Below, piece after piece: positions 49,739-64,000 of a DNA stretch of 64,000 bases; the first letter of the stretch is position 1, and every line of letters begins with the position of its first letter. Below the pieces are notes generated by a model that was not told the origin of the DNA, ran no database searches, and was given only the letters and a program-made list of their open reading frames with translations. Position numbers and translations under genes: made by a program. This DNA comes from Amoebidium appalachense (lineage: Eukaryota > Protista > Ichthyosporea). The stretch is taken from contig CAVNZM010000011.1 of the NCBI GenBank assembly GCA_963693365.1, positions 62,001-126,000 of the forward strand. The letters are read 5' to 3'.

Positions 49739-51294
49739 GGGGGGGCAGCAGGAAGAGGGGCAGTGTGTGCATGTGTGCGTGTGTGTGTGCATGTGTGTGC
49801 GTGCACCCCTGCCGTGCATGTGTGTGCACGTGCATCCCTACCGTGCATGTGTGTGCACGCGCATCCCTACCGTGCATGTGTGTGAGCACATTTGTGGCCA
49901 CCAGCAGGGCTCTGACCAGCCACTGCTCATCGTCCAGTCCCAGCAGCTCCTTCAGCCGTGGCAGCAGCCCGGCCTGCACAAGCGGCAGTGCATTGCCCTC
50001 CTGCGGAGATAATGGTGTGAGGTAAATGGATATAGGTGTATAAGGCAAAGAAATATAGGTGCATAAGGCAAAGGGATGTAGGTGCATAAGGCAAAGGGAT
50101 GTAGGTGCATAAGGGAAAGAAATATAGGTGCATAAGGCAAAGAAATGCAGGTGTATAAGGCAAAGGGATATCGATGTTTAAGTGTATAAGGCAAGGGAAT
50201 ACAAGGCAAAGGGAACAATAACACGTCTTCAAATCAGGCACGTGTGTGCACACAGTAACAAGGGCACTGCCTGTGCACATGATGGCAAACTGGCTATTGT
50301 CATTGCTGTGTGGGGGGATAAAGTTGCACACAGTGCCGGGCACATATGCACCCACACACCTCCAGAGAGAGGTTAGCCACCAGCCTGAGGCCCAGCAGTG
50401 ACTCTGAACCCTGGCCGTCCATGCAGCCCACCAGCAGCGGCAGCAGACCCTCTCTGCGCATGGCTGCATGGGTGCTGCCGCTGCCTGCAAGGTTGACCAG
50501 TGCACGCAGCGCCATGGCCCGGTCATCACTGGCCCGGCCCGGCCCTGGCCCGGCCCGTAGGGTGTCCACCAGCTGGGGGATGGCCTCGGCAAGGGTGTCG
50601 TGGCTGTCTGGGCTCAGGGCTAGATTGCCTACCGCCCACAGCGCCTTGGATTGCACACCCTGGGGAAGGGGGCAGGAGGGGGTTTGAATGCGGAACACGG
50701 TACGAAGTACGCATACACGAAGGACACATGCAAAGGCAAACATTCAAGTGCGACATCAGCCATGCGCACAGTATGCGTCATAAGCAGAGCCCATCCTCAG
50801 GGAGGGCCCAAGAGGGGGGGGGAGGGGGGGGGGGGGGGGGGAGGGTTAGTGTGGGAGGGTGAAAGAAACCACTTGTAGCAGTTGAGCAACAGAGAACATA
50901 ACACTACCACCATCCAGCTGGCTGCAGCAGGCATGTGGGGCATGTGCGCCACAAGGTGGTCACGCAGAGCTGCCCATGAGAGTAGGGCAAAAGGGTAACA
51001 CGTCAGAGGGTGTATGGTATGCATGGTCTTGCTGCCGCCAGGGGAAGAGGGCTTTGGGTCGTGCACAGGATCAAAGAAAGGCGGATAAGTGTGTGTGTGT
51101 ATGTGTGTCTGTATGCATGTTTATGTGTGTGTGTGTGTGGGTGTGTTAGTGTTTGTGTGTTCGTGTGCGTGCAGCACTTACCCCTTTTGCAGTCTGGGGG
51201 GAGTGGATAAAGGGGGATTGGGTTGTTCTTGTGTGCGTGTGTGGTGGTGGTGGTGGTGGGGGGGGGGGGAGGGGAGGGGGGGGGGGAGGGGAAG

Positions 51295-51325
<31 letters not shown>

Positions 51326-51670
51326 ACCTGTTTGTGTGTGACAGTCTACGTGTGCGTGTGAGCCTGCGTATGTGTGTGTATGGTGTGCGGGTGGGCCTAT
51401 GTGTTATTATGTGTATGAAAGTGTACGCGTGTGCGTGACGATTGAGGGGAGGTGAGTGTTTGCTGTGTGGGCATCTGGTGTGTGTGCCCCTGTGCCCTTG
51501 TGCCCCTGTGCCCTAAGGCGCCTGCCTACTTACTCGGTGTGCTTGTGCACATGCCAGGGGGTGCGTGTGCATGAGAAGGCGGTTGTGCTGCCTGGATGCC
51601 TGCCCGTGTATGTGCAGAGATGTGTGGCTGCAGCTTGCGTAAGGCGAGTGTGTGCGCGCGCGCGCGCCGC

Positions 51671-51745
<75 letters not shown>

Positions 51746-51894
51746 TGCGCATTGGTGTGTTTCCGTATGTGTCCAGGTGTTGCGTGTGTGAGCACTGCGC
51801 CTGTGCCTGTCTGTCTCTGTGGACGCGGGAGGGTGTGCCTGCTTATCAGCCGGTACCAGCCCGTGCATGCCCCCACGTGTGTGTGTGTGTGTGG

Positions 51895-51956
<62 letters not shown>

Positions 51957-52566
51957 GTATGTGTGTGGGTGTAAGTTCTTTTATTTTGTGTGTTGGTGCG
52001 TGTGTGTTGGTGTGCGTGCGTGTCTGTGTGTCTGTGTGTGTGAGTGTGTGTGTGTGTGCCCACCTTGTCCTCGTCTTTCAGTGCCTGCAGGACCAAAGGC
52101 AATCCCCCCTCCCCCCTGATAAGGTCGCTATTTGCACTAAAGGCCGCACTGTTTGCCAGGGTGCCCAGCAGCCTTCCCTTCTGGTCGCTGCTGAGGGCCA
52201 CTGCCCTATCCCCCCCAGCACGCCCACCAGCCTGGCCGTGCTCTCTCCATCACACCCTGCAAGCACTGCCACGCCCAGGTCTGCTCCCCTCAGTGCCACC
52301 TCCACCTGCTGCCCCACTGCCGCTGTGGGTGTGCTCTCCGTGTCCACGTGTGCTGCTGCCTCCTGCTCGTGTGCCTGTGACACTGCAGTCCCCCCTGGTG
52401 TGCGTATATCCGTCTCCCCTCCCTCGTGTGTGTGTGCGTCACCCCCGTGTGTGTGTGTGACCTTTGTGCGTTTCTTCTTGCCGGCTGGTGGTCTGGTCCA
52501 CAGCATGGCCAGTAGCACAACAACAACGGCTGCGGCGGCAACCCCGCCAAGACGCTGCCAGCCCAT
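49281..52566 (-). CDS. ARMC10/ARMCX-like armadillo protein with N-terminal membrane anchor; exons 52566-52064, 50659-50360, 50000-49871, 49420-49281
   Basis: Hydrophobic GVAAAAVVVVLLAMLW; LGTLANSAAFSANSDLIRGEGGLPLV and VQSKALWAVGNLA resemble recalled ARMC10 LGNNAAFSVNQAIIRELGGIPIV and KEKALNALNNLS. Needs a 1-nt indel in the homopolymer at 52210-52216. Confidence 0.8.
50675..50812 (-). repeat. Dispersed intronic element, copy C (ARMC10-like intron 1, next to the acceptor)
   Basis: Reverse complement of copy B with a ~20-bp internal deletion. Confidence 0.88.
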
Positions 52567-53397
52567 GGTGGTTGAGGTGTGTGGGTGTCCCTGCCGTATA
52601 AAGCAAACGGTGATCGAACTGTGTGGCTGTGCTGTGTATGTAGAACAAATGGGTGGCCTGTCCGTGTACGTGCTGCATGCTCTCGGTTCAAGCTTGGTGG
52701 GCTTGGCCTGAATAATTACGTAACAGCCCAGGGCATGCCTGGCTCAATCGATCGCCACCGACATCGATACTGCCCCGAACCAACTTCACCGTGTATGTAG
52801 TATGGTCCCGACGGCAGCCATGCACGTGCTCGCACCCACCAGCACATGCCCACGGTAGTACTGTTAGCAGCCAGTACACACCCTCGGGGGCAGGAGAGCA
52901 CGTAGATGTGCACACACACGTGCGCAAGGCAAGGGCTGCAGGTGTTTACCCTGTGTCTCCGGCGCATCTCGTTTGCCTTTGGCCCTTCCCCAGCATACAC
53001 TCACATTTAACCTTTAATTGTTATTGGTAGATTAACCCCTTGCTTTGTCATTCATGTGTGGCCCCCCGGACCCTACACTTTCGTCCCCATGGGAAGCACT
53101 GCTCCCAGCCCCAACTATTGCAGCTTTCACATGCCCGGCCCAATTGCAATGACATTCTAGGGGTGCCAGACCCAAGCCGTGCCCATCACGTGCGTGCCAT
53201 GGCCACGAATACAAATTGGTCCCTGTGTGATTACTATATATGGCAGCCATGGGACATGCCGGTCCACTATTTGGCTGCCTGGCTCTCTCGTTCCCTGCGC
53301 CTGCCTGATAAAACATATGCCACATTAAAACACTTTAATAAGCCAATGATATGCAGCCATTAACACTAACAACAATACCACAACAATACCACCCTAA

Positions 53398-58189
<4,792 letters not shown>

Positions 58190-59156
58190 CCTCGCCGCGC
58201 CGACGCGGGAGGGGGCCCTGCCAGCCACACGCACAGATGGCCTTAGAGGAACACACACGCGCCCAGATGTCCTTGGGTGCACGCACACGCCAGGGGGTGA
58301 GGGGGGGTCACGTGTCCTAGACGCCAAGCCGTGGGGGTGGCTTCAAGAAGCTACGGTGCAACGTAACGTGTGGCCTGCCTGTTTGCCCGCACAACCGACC
58401 CTCGCTCTGCCTGCCTGTGCCTGTGTGGCCTGTACATGTGTCCCCTCCGCACAGACCCTGAGTTTGGCTGGCAGCCGAATGCGCGCCAACTCAGTGCGGG
58501 CAACGGCAACACAAAATGCGATGGCTGACAGCCAACCAATGAGCAAGCAGGCATTAGAGTTAAAAGGTGATTGGCTGAACACGCACCAAAATGTTTGCGC
58601 AATCACCTCCTGGATGGCTCACCGTGGCAAACTGTTTTGAACGGCCAGAGCCAAGGATTAGCTGGAGCCACGCGCAGGCACTCACAGACACAGGCACACA
58701 GGCACCCACACACAGTCAAGCAGGGGCACACAGGCACACACGTCCGATTTAACAACACAGCCGGGCATACAAGCTGACAGGCGCACAGGTACACAGGCAC
58801 ACAGGTGCACGGGCACACAGGCACACATCCGGCCCCCCCAGGCACACATCCGGCCCCCCATTGAATCACGAAGGTGGACACTACGCACGTCACACGCAAA
58901 GCAGCCGTGCACACACCCACACAGGCACACAGGCACACAGTCACTTGGGGAGTAGGCACACAGGCAACAGCAAAGGGACATCTGCACGGGCACAAGACCA
59001 AAGCTGCACACGGAGTTTTACACCAACAACAAGCGCACAGCACAGTGGAGCCACGCAGGTGGATACAGATAGGAGGGATAATAGACACGGGCACGCAAGG
59101 AAAGACACACAGGCGCACAGGCGGACACGGCCCGTATCCACCTCTGTAACCGTACC
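58190..59156. promoter_or_regulatory. Probable bidirectional promoter between the SAM gene and the FASTK/RAP-like gene
   Basis: Divergent ATGs at 58189 (-) and 59157 (+); CCAAT at about 58536 and ATTGG at about 58570. Confidence 0.45.
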
Positions 59157-63898
<4,742 letters not shown>

Positions 63899-63902
63899 GT
63901 GA

Positions 63903-64000
63903 GGGGCTGCATGCTGTAGACTAGTGGTGGGGGGCTGCATGCTGTAGACTAGTGGTGTGGGGCTGCCTGCTGTAGACTAGTGGTGGGGGGCTGCATGCTG
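63903..64000. repeat. ~29-bp minisatellite immediately after a donor
   Basis: Unit gggggctgcatgctgtagactagtggtg, 3+ copies, runs off the window. Confidence 0.85.

Overview
Eukaryotic, GC-rich, intron-dense genomic DNA with poly-G/poly-C tracts, (CA)n/(GT)n microsatellites and intronic minisatellites. A unicellular opisthokont/holozoan-type host is my inference from the animal-like MED16, ARMC10-like and double-finger GATA genes. Genes built by hand from splice sites and exon phase: 3' half of methylmalonyl-CoA mutase (+), intronless C2-domain gene (-), 22-exon MED16 (+), double-GATA-finger factor (-), triple-AP2-domain gene (-), IMP3 (+), ARMC10-like (-), SAM-domain gene (-) and a helical-repeat FASTK/RAP-like gene (+, runs off the window). 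Mobile DNA: three TSD-flanked copies of one APE-RT LINE, a 1.66-kb non-autonomous hAT-like element, a related 39-bp TIR-only element, two MITEs and a DIRS methyltransferase-domain relic. Most unusual: (1) a 7-copy array of a ~147-bp unit separated by poly-G spacers (33688-34994), each unit carrying a minus-strand branch point/AG/12-nt/GTRAGT microexon signature; (2) intronic minisatellites that amplify the splice donor or branch point itself; (3) a ~160-bp element seen only in introns and always in sense; (4) a KilA-N-like coding exon nested antisense in an MMUT intron. Family assignments come from recalled motifs; no database search was run.
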